Assembly: GCA_033763655.1 (NCBI GenBank)
Contig: JANRKD010000001.1
Span: 64,023 to 128,022 of the forward strand
Length of the DNA: 64,000 nt
Origin: Alphaproteobacteria bacterium
Lineage (GTDB): Bacteria > Pseudomonadota > Alphaproteobacteria > Rickettsiales > UBA3002
Direction: 5' to 3'
Shown: positions 9,035 through 20,961 of the stretch, piece by piece
How the letters are laid out: each line of letters starts with the position of its first letter
Numbering within the stretch: the first letter of the stretch is position 1
Notes under the pieces: model-generated
What the model was told of the DNA's origin: nothing
The model's input: the letters and a program-made list of their open reading frames with translations, nothing else
Databases searched by the model: none
Made by a program: the position numbers and the translations under genes

Positions 9035-10123
9035 ATGTATCTTACTCCCACCCTCACCGTTTCCCTGCCTGCGATTGTCGCCAACTGGCGCCTGCTTGCG
9101 CAGCGCTTCACGGGCGAGGAATGCGCCGCCGTGGTAAAGGCCGATGCCTATGGCCTCGGCGCGCTGCCGGTTTCGCAGGCGCTGGCCGCAGCGGGCTGCC
9201 ACACGTTTTTTGTCGCCACGCTCGACGAAGCGCTCGAACTACGCGAGAGCCTGCCGGATGTGCGCATTCTGGTGTTCCACGGCGTGCAGGCGGGCGAGGA
9301 ATTCGCCTTCGTCGCGCATCGCCTGATTCCCGTGCTCAATTCGCTGCCGCAGATCGCGCGCTGGAAAGCCGTCGCCGCCGAGCATGTGCACGCCGTCAGC
9401 GCCCTGCATATCGACACTGCCATGGCGCGCATGGGCCTGCAGTCCGAAGAGTTTTCTGCCCTCATGGCGCGTGACCCTGCTATCCTCGATGACTGCCGCG
9501 TCGGCCTGCTGCTCAGCCATTTCGCCTGTAGCCCGGAAAGCGACCACCCCCTCAACGCCGCGCAGCTCGCCCTGTTCAGCGCCGCCCGCGCGCTGGCACC
9601 GAACATTCCTGCCAGCCTGTGCAACTCGGGCGGCATTTTTCTTGCGCCGGAATACCATTTCAACCTCGCCCGCCCCGGCTGCTCGCTGTATGGCATCGCG
9701 CCGCAGGCGCAGGGCGCAAATCCGATGGCGCAGGTCGCCACCTGGCAGGCCCCCATCCTGATGACGCGCACCCTCGCGCACGAACAAACGGTGGGCTACG
9801 GCGCGAGCCAGACCCTGCCTTCTGGCGCCCGCATCGCCACCGTCGCCAGCGGCTATGCCGACGGCTACCTGCGGCATCTGTCGGGCAAGGCAGTCGGCTA
9901 TGTCGGTGACCATAAGGTTGCGCTTGTGGGCCGCGTGACCATGGACATGCTGTGCTTTGATGTCACGCAGGTGCCTGAGTCCCTGACGCAGGAAGGCGCG
10001 CCGCTTACCCTGCTGGGCGATGCGCCGGGCATCCGTGTCGATGAGGTGGCAACAGCGGCAGGCACCATCGGCTACGAAATCCTCACCCGCATCGGCGCGC
10101 GGGTGGCGCGGATCTATGGCTGA
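9035..10123 (+). CDS. alr: Alanine racemase
   Basis: VVKADAYGLG (PLP-Lys motif) and a GYADGY-type motif. Start placed at ATG 9035. Confidence 0.9.
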   Translation: MYLTPTLTVSLPAIVANWRLLAQRFTGEECAAVVKADAYGLGALPVSQALAAAGCHTFFVATLDEALELRESLPDVRILVFHGVQAGEEFAFVAHRLIPVLNSLPQIARWKAVAAEHVHAVSALHIDTAMARMGLQSEEFSALMARDPAILDDCRVGLLLSHFACSPESDHPLNAAQLALFSAARALAPNIPASLCNSGGIFLAPEYHFNLARPGCSLYGIAPQAQGANPMAQVATWQAPILMTRTLAHEQTVGYGASQTLPSGARIATVASGYADGYLRHLSGKAVGYVGDHKVALVGRVTMDMLCFDVTQVPESLTQEGAPLTLLGDAPGIRVDEVATAAGTIGYEILTRIGARVARIYG

Positions 10124-10183
10124 AACATGCCACCGGCAAACCTACCTCTGGACTCGCGCCCGACAACCCGCTAAACACTCCCC

Positions 10184-10975
10184 ATGCGATCCATTGCCCG
10201 TTCCAATCCGCTGACTACCATCGGCCATGTTTTCATGCTCTTTCTGGCTGCGGTCGGCCGGCTGGCGCTGTTTACCGGCAGCATCCTTGCGCAGGGCCTC
10301 CGCCCGCCCTATTACCCGAAACAACTGGCGCGGATGATTATCGAAATCGGCTATTATTCGCTGCCCGTCGTCGGCATGACCACCCTGTTCACCGGCGCGG
10401 CGCTGGCGCTGCAATCCTATTCAGGCTTTGCCGAACTCGGGGCCGAGAACTCGATTCCCCTCATCGTCGCGCTCGCCATCACGCGGGAGCTGGGGCCGGT
10501 GATGGCCGGGTTGATGGTGGCCGGGCGCATCGGTGCCGCCTTCGCCGCCGAGATTGGCACCATGCGCGTCACCGAGCAGGTGGATGCGCTGGTCACGCTC
10601 TCGACCAACCCATTTAAATACCTGCTCTTCCCGCGCCTGCTCGCCGCGACGCTGATGCTGCCCTGCCTGGTGTTCGTCGGCGACATTATCGGCATTTTCG
10701 GCGGCTATGCGGTCAGCATCAAGGCGCTGAACTTCGCGCCCATCCCCTACATCAACAACACCTGGAATTTCCTCGCCTGGTTCGACGTGATGACCGGGCT
10801 GGTCAAAGCGGGCGTGTTCGGCTTCATCGTCGCGCTGATGGGCTGCTACCACGGCTATCACAGCAAAGGCGGCGCGCAGGGTGTGGGGGCAGCGACCACC
10901 AACGCCGTGGTTTCGGCCTCGATCCTGATTCTGCTTTCGAACTACCTGCTCACCGAACTGTTCTTTGGAATTTAG
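10184..10975 (+). CDS. mlaE: MlaE-family ABC transporter permease
   Basis: Polytopic membrane protein with MlaE-like C-terminus (LVKAGVFGFIVALMGCYHGY). Followed 3 nt later by its ATPase. Confidence 0.85.
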   Translation: MRSIARSNPLTTIGHVFMLFLAAVGRLALFTGSILAQGLRPPYYPKQLARMIIEIGYYSLPVVGMTTLFTGAALALQSYSGFAELGAENSIPLIVALAITRELGPVMAGLMVAGRIGAAFAAEIGTMRVTEQVDALVTLSTNPFKYLLFPRLLAATLMLPCLVFVGDIIGIFGGYAVSIKALNFAPIPYINNTWNFLAWFDVMTGLVKAGVFGFIVALMGCYHGYHSKGGAQGVGAATTNAVVSASILILLSNYLLTELFFGI

Positions 10976-10977
10976 CG

Positions 10978-11757
10978 ATGACCGCAACGCCCAAAATCAA
11001 GCTCACCGACGTGCATAAAAAGTTCGGCAGCAAAGTGGTGCTCGATGGGGTGAATCTGCAGGTGATGCCCGGCGAGTCGCTGGTCATTATCGGCGGTTCC
11101 GGCTCGGGCAAATCGGTGACCATCAAAACCGTGCTCGGCCTCATCCGCCCGGATTCGGGCACCATCGAGGTCGATGGCGAAAACATCACCCGTTACTCCT
11201 TCAGTCAGCGAGCACCGATGCTGCAAAAAATCGGCATGCTGTTTCAGGGCGGCGCGCTGTTCGATTCGCTGCCGGTGTGGAAAAACATCACCTTCGGCGC
11301 GGCTGAACGCGGCCAGAAGCTGACCACCGCGACGGCGCGAACCCTCGCGGTTGAAAAGCTCGAAGCGGTCGGCCTGAAGGCGGAAGTGGCCGATCTGATG
11401 CCCGCCGAGCTTTCGGGCGGGATGCAGAAACGCGTCGGCCTCGCGCGGGCCATCGCCGCCAACCCCGACCTGCTGTTTTTCGACGAACCAACCACCGGGC
11501 TTGATCCCATCATGGCCGACGTGATTAACAACCTGATTGTCAGCAGCGTCAAAAAGCTGGGGTCCACCGCGGTCACCATCACCCACGACATGGCCAGTGT
11601 GCGCAAGATCGCCAGCCGCGTGGCGATGATCTATCAGGGTAAAATTATCTGGGATGGCCCCATTTCCGACATCGACAATTCCGGCAACCCGTATGTCGAT
11701 CAGTTCATCCACGGCAAAGCCGAAGGGCCGATTACCAACGAATTTAGGCGGGCCTAG
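10978..11757 (+). CDS. mlaF: MlaF-family ABC transporter ATP-binding protein
   Basis: Walker A GGSGSGKS, signature LSGGMQKRVGLARA, Walker B LLFFDEPT. Confidence 0.85.
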   Translation: MTATPKIKLTDVHKKFGSKVVLDGVNLQVMPGESLVIIGGSGSGKSVTIKTVLGLIRPDSGTIEVDGENITRYSFSQRAPMLQKIGMLFQGGALFDSLPVWKNITFGAAERGQKLTTATARTLAVEKLEAVGLKAEVADLMPAELSGGMQKRVGLARAIAANPDLLFFDEPTTGLDPIMADVINNLIVSSVKKLGSTAVTITHDMASVRKIASRVAMIYQGKIIWDGPISDIDNSGNPYVDQFIHGKAEGPITNEFRRA

Positions 11758-11826
11758 AAGGGGCATTTGCGCACAACTTCATCGAATCTTCATGTTTCGT
11801 TAGCGCTGTGCTAGTATAGTGAGCGG

Positions 11827-14376
11827 ATGGGACAAGCTACACATTATCTTGATTATAATCAGCTCTATAGCCTTTTGCTCGACTATGATGCGGCTACACA
11901 GCGGTTAAAAATCACGTTTCAAAACCCAAATGAACATTGGGATCGCTTTCCACGCGCCGTGCTTAAGCAGCTGAATTTAGCTGAGATTGCACCAACACAG
12001 CCTTCGGCATCCCCGTCATCTAAACCAACATCCTATGGGAAAAGCGTCACGTTCTACAAGGTCAGCCGCGAATTCACCCTGCGCATGGGCGAGGAACCAA
12101 TTGGCACCTACAGCATCAGTAATACGGGCACACTCACAGCAACCTACCACCGCCCACTGACGGTCGATGAAACGCGGCGCATCGGAACATTCCATGAATG
12201 TCCGCCCTACTCGCAGCGCCGCTCTGGCCTGACGTCCGAAGAGAACCAATCCCTTCTGGCCGAGGCGAAACAGGCAGTTTTTACCGATATCCATACCCAT
12301 AGTTCAGGCCAAATTAGCGCCTCAGGGCTACTTGCCGTTGCCATGCGCCAAAGGCCCTATTATTACCCTATCGCACTGATGCGTGATGCTGGCATTGATA
12401 CCAGCTACAGCGCCATTCCTGAAAAACACCGCCAACAAATACCCCGTGTCCCTTTTCCTCCCCTCGAGTTGGCGGGAGTTAACTATCCCGCTCTCGTAGA
12501 CGCAGCAGACTTACACGCTCTTAGCTCCGATAACCTCAAAAAGCTGGCTGCGCAGATGGCACTACCCGCCGATCATCAATCCACATTTTCCAATCTTGAA
12601 TACGATGGCAACCGCTTCCGCTACCCCTTAAGCAAGGATAGTTCTCTCACCATCGCCATCCGCAAAAAAGAGGCTGAAGAATACGCCGCCCAAGGCATCG
12701 AAACGGCCTTAACCTCGTTCGTTGGCATCGACAAACCCCAAACCCTCCGCGCCATTCATACCGCAGTAGAAGAATTACATGCCCATCCAAAAACACCAAA
12801 CTTCGTCCAGCGCTACATGGTTGGCATTCCGCGCGGCCTTTCCTCAGAAGAAATTCAGGCGGCGCTCGAAAAAGCCAAAATATCGCTGGATAGCCCCTAT
12901 ATTATGGGCGTCGATATGCTGGGCTACGAAAGCGATAAGACCAAAAAATTCATCACAATGCTTGATAGCTATGCTGCATGGGCCAACGAGCATAAGCCTG
13001 GCTCATTCATTCGTGTTCATGCAGGTGAGAATGACAAAAATCACGACAACGTAAAAGATTTTCTTAAAGTCGCGATTAAGTACCCAAACCTAAAATTCCT
13101 GGTTGGCCACGGCATCTATGGCATGGATGAGGAAACGCTCGGATTATGTAAGAAATTGGACAACCAAATCACTGTTGAATTGAACCCCTCCTCCAACATC
13201 GCCCTCAATAATATCGACGATGTGCGTCAGCTGCCATTCGATGCACTGCTTAACAACCATATCCCTTTTGTAGTCAGTTCAGATTCCGCAGGCATGTATC
13301 AGACTGATGCGTTGCAGTTGGGGTTAAGCGCCTATTACGGCGGATTGACTCACGAGGGTTTTCAGGCAATGCGTAAGCATCAGCAGCATTTAGTTGATCA
13401 CCTGCACGACTATTCGAAATCTGCTGCCCAACCCATCCCAAACTGGGAAACCTCTGAAGGGAAAGAAGCGTGGCTGGATGACATGACCGCACGTTTGGGA
13501 AAGGTTCCCAGCGCATCGCCGCCCCCCATCGTTACGATAGATGCCGACCACATCACCAAAAAATTGAAGACAGATCAGGTTTCTCTCATCGAATCGGGAA
13601 CGCTCCCGCCCGAACTTAAAGGCAAGTATCCTGTCACCATCATCGGCGCTTCAGGGGCTAGCTGGAGGCGCCTTAGCCCAAGCCAACAGCGTGAAAATGC
13701 CATCGCCATTGATATGCTCATCCATGCACTCGGCGAGAATTGCTACATCGTACAAGGGCGCAACAAAAAAGAAGGCTTAAGCAAGGTAATTAACCAATCG
13801 CTAACAGCATCAAATAGCACGCGCAAAGAAAACGAGACCCCCGAACTCTATAATGTCGGGCTGTATATGAATCCAAGTTTTGATGACAGCCACTCCTATA
13901 AACATCTTTCCCATATGATTCACATAGAAGGCCAGCCACTTGGACTTGCCCGAGCCATCGTCGATCACACGTTCGACCATGAAGGTGCTCTGATTGCTGT
14001 GGGGGGCGCTGCCTACACGCGCGATACTATTCATGAGGCTGACCAGCGCGGCATTCGCGATAACCATCCTGGCAACCGAAAAATGATGCTCTTACTCTCC
14101 AATACTGAAGGTGCGTCGAAGGAAAAAGCGAATAGGCTGCACCCGGATTACCAAGCAATTGATGGGCACCAACTGATCAGAAAACTGCATCATAATCGTG
14201 GCGATTTATTCCCCAAAACATTCGCATTGCGCGACCTCGATCGCTTGTATAACGAATCTGCTGCACGCGTCACAACCTATGGTTATAACATTGCCGATTC
14301 CGCTGTAAGCGAACCGCAATTACTCGCTAGACAGCCCGTCCCAACGCCCAAATCTGCTCCAAAAATCTGGCGTTAA
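11827..14376 (+). CDS. Large adenosine-deaminase-like (amidohydrolase) protein with unknown N-terminal domain and Rossmann/LOG-like C-terminal domain
   Basis: ADA-type metal/catalytic motifs in order: FTDIHTHSSG (HxH), IRVHAGEN (HAGE), LVGHGIYG, FVVSSDSAGMY. C-terminus has VTIIGASGAS ... IAVGGAAYTRDTIHEA (LOG/SLOG-like; inference). Clearly lower GC than both neighbours. Confidence 0.7.
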   Translation: MGQATHYLDYNQLYSLLLDYDAATQRLKITFQNPNEHWDRFPRAVLKQLNLAEIAPTQPSASPSSKPTSYGKSVTFYKVSREFTLRMGEEPIGTYSISNTGTLTATYHRPLTVDETRRIGTFHECPPYSQRRSGLTSEENQSLLAEAKQAVFTDIHTHSSGQISASGLLAVAMRQRPYYYPIALMRDAGIDTSYSAIPEKHRQQIPRVPFPPLELAGVNYPALVDAADLHALSSDNLKKLAAQMALPADHQSTFSNLEYDGNRFRYPLSKDSSLTIAIRKKEAEEYAAQGIETALTSFVGIDKPQTLRAIHTAVEELHAHPKTPNFVQRYMVGIPRGLSSEEIQAALEKAKISLDSPYIMGVDMLGYESDKTKKFITMLDSYAAWANEHKPGSFIRVHAGENDKNHDNVKDFLKVAIKYPNLKFLVGHGIYGMDEETLGLCKKLDNQITVELNPSSNIALNNIDDVRQLPFDALLNNHIPFVVSSDSAGMYQTDALQLGLSAYYGGLTHEGFQAMRKHQQHLVDHLHDYSKSAAQPIPNWETSEGKEAWLDDMTARLGKVPSASPPPIVTIDADHITKKLKTDQVSLIESGTLPPELKGKYPVTIIGASGASWRRLSPSQQRENAIAIDMLIHALGENCYIVQGRNKKEGLSKVINQSLTASNSTRKENETPELYNVGLYMNPSFDDSHSYKHLSHMIHIEGQPLGLARAIVDHTFDHEGALIAVGGAAYTRDTIHEADQRGIRDNHPGNRKMMLLLSNTEGASKEKANRLHPDYQAIDGHQLIRKLHHNRGDLFPKTFALRDLDRLYNESAARVTTYGYNIADSAVSEPQLLARQPVPTPKSAPKIWR

Positions 14377-14426
14377 CAATCTACCTTAGCGGTTGCGCCG
14401 AGGCTGTCCCATGACTAGAAATAGGC

Positions 14427-15848
14427 ATGGCTAAATTTTCCAACCCCTATGTCTGCCAAGCGTGCGGTGCAATCAGCGCCAAATGGGCCGGTCGCTGCGA
14501 TGCCTGCGGCGAATGGAACAGCATCGTCGAAGAAGTGCAGAGCACTGCCCCAAAAGGCCTGAAACCCGGAAAATCCAAAGGCTTACAAATTTCTACCCTC
14601 GCCGATGCGGTCGCCCCCCATGCCCGCGAAACCACCGGCATTGCCGAGCTTGACCGCGTGCTCGGTGGCGGTCTGGTCGAAGGCTCGGCCATTCTGCTCG
14701 GCGGCGACCCGGGCATCGGCAAATCGACCCTGCTCTTGCAAGCGGCGGCGGCGCTCGCAAGTGGCCGTTCCATGACACGCACAGCCTCCCCCGACGCATC
14801 GACGGCAACAGGCGGCACCCCGAAGCTCGCTTCCGTCAAAAACGTCCTTTATATCTCGGGCGAGGAGTCGCTGGCGCAAATCCAACTGCGCAGCCAGCGC
14901 CTCGGCCTGGCGGATGCACCGCTCAAACTGGCCACCGCCACCTCGGTGCGCGACATTCTCGCCAGCATCGACGGCACGCACGCCCCCGACATTGTGATTA
15001 TTGATTCCATCCAGACCATGTTTGTCGATTCGCTCGATTCTGCACCGGGCACCGTAGCGCAGGTGCGCGCCTCCACCCATGAACTCATCCGCGCCGCCAA
15101 AAAGCGCGGGTTTGCACTCATCCTCGTCGGCCATGTCACCAAGGACGGCCAGATTGCCGGGCCGCGCGTGCTCGAACACATGGTCGATACCGTGCTCTAT
15201 TTCGAGGGTGACCGCGGGCAGTATTACCGCATCCTGCGGGCGGTAAAAAACCGCTTCGGCGCGACCGACGAAATCGGCGTTTTCGCCATGAGCGACACCG
15301 GCCTTGAGGAAGTGAAAAACCCTTCCGCCCTGTTTCTGCATGCCCGCGAGCACCCGGTCAGCGGCGCCGCCGTCTTTGCGGGGATGGAGGGCACGCGCCC
15401 ACTGCTGATCGAGATTCAGGCGCTGGTATCGCCCAGCAGCATGAGCACGCCGCGCCGCGCCACGGTCGGCTACGACAGCGCCCGCCTGTCGATGATTCTC
15501 GCCGTGCTCGAAACCCGCGCGGGCATGCGCTTTGCGGATAAAGAAGTGTTCCTGAACGTCGCGGGCGGCCTCAAAATCACCGAACCGGCGGCGGATGTGG
15601 CCGTCGCCATGGCGCTACTGTCGGCATTACTCGACAAACCGCTGCCTGTGAATCTGGTCGGCTTTGGCGAAATCGGCCTGACCGGCGAAATCCGCAGTGT
15701 CAGCCGCGCCGACACGCGGTTGAAAGAAGCGGTGGCGCTTGGCTTCACCCGTGCGGTCATCCCCAGCTCGGCGCCCGAGAAATTAAACGCCCGCGACCGC
15801 GTCGCCCATGTGGACGCGCTGGTGCGGTTCATGATAGAAAGCGGCTGA
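14427..15848 (+). CDS. radA: DNA repair protein RadA
   Basis: N-terminal Zn finger CQACG...CDACGEW, Walker A GDPGIGKST, KNRFG motif, Lon-like C-terminus. Confidence 0.95.
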   Translation: MAKFSNPYVCQACGAISAKWAGRCDACGEWNSIVEEVQSTAPKGLKPGKSKGLQISTLADAVAPHARETTGIAELDRVLGGGLVEGSAILLGGDPGIGKSTLLLQAAAALASGRSMTRTASPDASTATGGTPKLASVKNVLYISGEESLAQIQLRSQRLGLADAPLKLATATSVRDILASIDGTHAPDIVIIDSIQTMFVDSLDSAPGTVAQVRASTHELIRAAKKRGFALILVGHVTKDGQIAGPRVLEHMVDTVLYFEGDRGQYYRILRAVKNRFGATDEIGVFAMSDTGLEEVKNPSALFLHAREHPVSGAAVFAGMEGTRPLLIEIQALVSPSSMSTPRRATVGYDSARLSMILAVLETRAGMRFADKEVFLNVAGGLKITEPAADVAVAMALLSALLDKPLPVNLVGFGEIGLTGEIRSVSRADTRLKEAVALGFTRAVIPSSAPEKLNARDRVAHVDALVRFMIESG

Positions 15849-15872
15849 ATTAACCCAAAACGGCGGCGCGTT

Positions 15873-16544
15873 ATGAGCGATATTTCCCTGACCCTGTTCG
15901 ATTTCGGCGTGCTTTTTGTGGTGGGCCTGTCGGCGCTGCTCTCGTTTTTCCGTGGCTTCCTGCGCGAGTTCATTTCACTCGCGGCGTGGCTGGGCGCTTC
16001 GGTGATAACCCTGCGCACCCTGCCGATGGTCAGCCACTACCTCGAACCCCGGGTCGGTAGCACCGTGGTGGCGAGCGGCATCGCGGCGGTCGCCATCTTT
16101 TTCACCACCCTCATCGCGATTTCCATGGTCAGCGGCCTGCTGCTGAAATTGCTGAAACCCGGCGCCAAAGTCGGCCTGTTCGATAACCTCGCCGGGCTGT
16201 GTTTCGGCGTGGCGCGCGGCGTGCTTATTGTCGCCATCGCCTATTTCATCATGGGCATCGTGCTGCTTGAAAAAGACTTCCCGAAAGCCGTCACCGCCTC
16301 GCAGGCACGGCCTTACATCGCACGGGTGGCCACATGGGTCGGCACCCTCACCCCAAGCGCGCTGGATGCTGTGACCGCCGCCCCTCCCGGCACGGCAGAT
16401 GCCCCGCCCGCTAAAGTGGTAAAAACCATCGACGATGCGGTGGACGATCTGCCCGATGCCGACACGCCCGAGGATTCCATGCCCTCGATTGAGGATTTGA
16501 AACAACGTATCCGCGAAGAAAACGAGAAAAACGATGTTCGATAA
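15873..16544 (+). CDS. cvpA: CvpA-family membrane protein
   Basis: Multi-TM N-terminus and acidic tail. Directly upstream of, and overlapping, purF, which is the classic cvpA-purF arrangement. Confidence 0.8.
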   Translation: MSDISLTLFDFGVLFVVGLSALLSFFRGFLREFISLAAWLGASVITLRTLPMVSHYLEPRVGSTVVASGIAAVAIFFTTLIAISMVSGLLLKLLKPGAKVGLFDNLAGLCFGVARGVLIVAIAYFIMGIVLLEKDFPKAVTASQARPYIARVATWVGTLTPSALDAVTAAPPGTADAPPAKVVKTIDDAVDDLPDADTPEDSMPSIEDLKQRIREENEKNDVR

Positions 16545-17970
16545 ATTCCACGACGAGTGCGGCGTTTTCGGCATCTTCGGCACCCCGGACGCTGCCGCCC
16601 ACACCGCGCTGGGCCTGCATGCGTTGCAGCATCGCGGGCAGGAGGCGGCGGGCATCGTCAGCCGCGAGGAAGGCCATTTTTTTGCCCACCGGGCGCTCGG
16701 CCTGGTCGGCGATAATTTCTCGGATGCGGGCGTCATGAGCCGTCTGGTCGGCCACGCCGCCATCGGCCATAACCGCTACTCGACCACGGGCGAAACGCTG
16801 CTGCGCAACGTCCAGCCGTTTTATGCCGACCTCGCGCTGGGCGGCTTCGCCCTCGCCCATAACGGCAACCTGACGAACGCCATGACCCTGCGCCGCGACC
16901 TGATTATGCGCGGCTCGCTGTTCGCCTCAACCTCGGATACGGAAGTCATCGTCCATCTCGTTGCCCTCTCGGGCGCGGCGACGGTCGAGCAGCGCGTTGT
17001 CGATGCGCTCACGCAGGTTGAGGGCGCCTATTCGCTGGTCATCCTCACGCCACAATCGCTCATCGGGGTGCGCGACCCGCACGGCGTGCGCCCGCTGGTG
17101 CTGGGCATGCTGGGCGATGCTTATATCCTCGCTTCCGAAACCTGCGCCCTCGACATTATCGGCGGCAGCTACGTGCGCGATATTGCCCCGGGCGAAATGG
17201 TCATTGTCGATGCAAGCGGCGTGCGCAGCCTCTTTCCGTTTGCGCCACAGCCGCGCCGCTTCTGCATTTTCGAGTATGTCTATTTCGCGCGGCCCGACAC
17301 GGTGCTGCAGGATAAAAGCGTCTACGCGGTGCGCAAACGCATCGGCGCTGAACTGGCGCGCGAGAACCCGGTGGCGGCGGATGTGGTGGTGCCTGTTCCC
17401 GATTCGGGTGTCCCCAGTGCGATTGGCTATGCGGAAACGGCGGGCATTCCGTTCGACCTCGGCATCATCCGCAACCATTATGTCGGCCGCACCTTCATCG
17501 AACCGTCGGAATCGGTGCGCCATTTGGGCGTCAAGCTCAAGCACAACGCCAACAGCGCGCTACTCAAAGGCAAGCGCGTGATTCTGGTCGATGATTCGAT
17601 TGTGCGCGGCACCACCAGCAAAAAAATTGTCACCATGGTGCGCGAAGCCGGGGCGAGTGAAGTGCATATGCGCATTGCCAGCCCGCCGACCACCAACTCC
17701 TGCTTCTACGGCGTCGATACCCCCAAAACCTCGGAGCTGATGGCGGCGCGTTACAATGTCGCGGAAATGGCAGATATTATCGGGGTCGATTCGCTCGCCT
17801 TCCTGAGCATCGACGGCCTTTACCGCGCGGTCGGCGAAGCACGGCGCCACCACGAACTGCCGCAATATTGCGACGCCTGCTTCAGCGGCGACTACCCCAT
17901 CCCTCTCACCGATAACGAGAATGGCGTCGGCGGCAGCCAGCGCGATTTGTTCGTCAGAGAAATCTCATGA
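16534..17970 (+). CDS. purF: Amidophosphoribosyltransferase
   Basis: N-terminal nucleophile ECGVFGIFG, PRTase motif VILVDDSIVRGTT. Confidence 0.95.
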   Translation: MFDKFHDECGVFGIFGTPDAAAHTALGLHALQHRGQEAAGIVSREEGHFFAHRALGLVGDNFSDAGVMSRLVGHAAIGHNRYSTTGETLLRNVQPFYADLALGGFALAHNGNLTNAMTLRRDLIMRGSLFASTSDTEVIVHLVALSGAATVEQRVVDALTQVEGAYSLVILTPQSLIGVRDPHGVRPLVLGMLGDAYILASETCALDIIGGSYVRDIAPGEMVIVDASGVRSLFPFAPQPRRFCIFEYVYFARPDTVLQDKSVYAVRKRIGAELARENPVAADVVVPVPDSGVPSAIGYAETAGIPFDLGIIRNHYVGRTFIEPSESVRHLGVKLKHNANSALLKGKRVILVDDSIVRGTTSKKIVTMVREAGASEVHMRIASPPTTNSCFYGVDTPKTSELMAARYNVAEMADIIGVDSLAFLSIDGLYRAVGEARRHHELPQYCDACFSGDYPIPLTDNENGVGGSQRDLFVREIS

Positions 17971-18677
17971 GTCGCCTTGCCGGCAGAATCGCCCTTATCA
18001 CCGGCGCCTCGCGCGGCATCGGCGCCGCCGTCGCCAAACGCTACGCCAGCGAAGGGGCGCAGGTCATCCTCACCGGGCGCACCGTCGGCGCGCTCGAAGC
18101 AGTGGATGACGCTATCCAGAAGATCACCGGCCAACCCGCCACCATCGCCCCGTTGGATTTACGTCAGGCGGATGCGATTGACGCGCTCGGCGCCCAGATT
18201 TACCAGCGTTTCGGCAGGCTCGATATTCTCGTCGGCAACGCCGCCACCCTTGGCAGCCTCTCGCCGATTGCCCATGCCAACCCCAGCGAGGTCGAGGATG
18301 TGTTCGCCATCAACGTGCTCGCCAACGCGCGGCTGCTACGCGCCTGCGACCCGCTGCTGCGCCTCGCGAAACACGGACGGGTGCTGATGGTCACTTCCGG
18401 GGCGGCGCAGCGCGCCACCGCCTATTGGGGGCCGTATGCCGCGAGCAAGGCCGCGCTCGAGAACCTCACCCTCACCTACGCCGCCGAAGTGGCGATGACC
18501 ACCGTGCGCGCCAACCTGATCGACCCGGGCGCGGTGCGCACGGCCATGCGCGCCAAAGCTTTCCCCGGGGAAGACCCGATGAGCCTGCCCACGCCCGAAT
18601 CCATCAGCGAATGGTTTGTGCGGCTGGCCGAGGAAGATGCTCCAAACGGCAAGCGCATCGTCGCCCGCGCGGGCTGA
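17967..18677 (+). CDS. SDR-family oxidoreductase
   Basis: ITGASRGIGAA and YAASKAAL motifs. Confidence 0.85.
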   Translation: MSRLAGRIALITGASRGIGAAVAKRYASEGAQVILTGRTVGALEAVDDAIQKITGQPATIAPLDLRQADAIDALGAQIYQRFGRLDILVGNAATLGSLSPIAHANPSEVEDVFAINVLANARLLRACDPLLRLAKHGRVLMVTSGAAQRATAYWGPYAASKAALENLTLTYAAEVAMTTVRANLIDPGAVRTAMRAKAFPGEDPMSLPTPESISEWFVRLAEEDAPNGKRIVARAG

Positions 18678-18752
18678 TTTTTGCCACCGCCCGCGCGCAA
18701 GGCTTGACAATCCCCGCCCGACTGCCTAAAAGACGGCCTCCTTCAAGGGAAT

Positions 18753-20335
<1,583 letters not shown>

Positions 20336-20507
20336 TTCTCACTCCCTCACGTTCCAGCAGCAGCTGGTGATCGGGGAGTTTGTAAACCGTGTTGATGCGG
20401 TTATGCGGCTTTTAGGCAGAGCCCTGGACATGGCCAACATCCCCCCGATCATAGAGGGATCAGGGATTCTACACCGTAAATGGGCGGTGTCACCAATCAA
20501 CATGAGG

Positions 20508-20762
20508 TTACAACACCCCAGAATCGTCTTCGATTCCATTTTGGAGATTAGCACCGGTGCAGGTAGAATCAACGCTCCGTTCGCTTCGAGACATTAAAAT
20601 CGTTTGGCAAAACCCTATCAGGCGACGCGCCGCCTGCGCTGCCTCGCCCTCGGTAATCTCGACGGGTGACAGCGCTCGCATGCGGTCGATGAGGCAGTCG
20701 AACAACTGCTCTTTCGTGCGCGTGTCGGTTCTGATGCGTTCCATCAATTCATCGCGGGTCAT
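20508..20762 (-). CDS. Hypothetical small protein (84 aa)
   Basis: ORF only. Confidence 0.35.
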   Translation of the reverse strand: MTRDELMERIRTDTRTKEQLFDCLIDRMRALSPVEITEGEAAQAARRLIGFCQTILMSRSERSVDSTCTGANLQNGIEDDSGVL

Positions 20763-20961
20763 GCGGCACCCCGCGACATTGCAGCAGCGCGCACGCTTTG
20801 CGAAAGCGCGGTCAGCTGTGAATGCAATAAATTCGTGGGGTGATTTCGCAATGCTGAGTGGCGACTTGCGCGCACATCTCGCGATTGTTGTGAAATTGAT
20901 ACCAGAATTTGTTCAACGTGAACAGTCTTTTTTTCAAGGAACATTTCGGCCCCCGTTTCGC

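Noticed and set aside
11827-14376. Calling the deaminase-like gene a RADAR system.
   Set aside because: No RdrA-like ATPase gene is adjacent; the neighbours are mlaF and radA. Only the deaminase fold is shared, so it is reported as an orphan.
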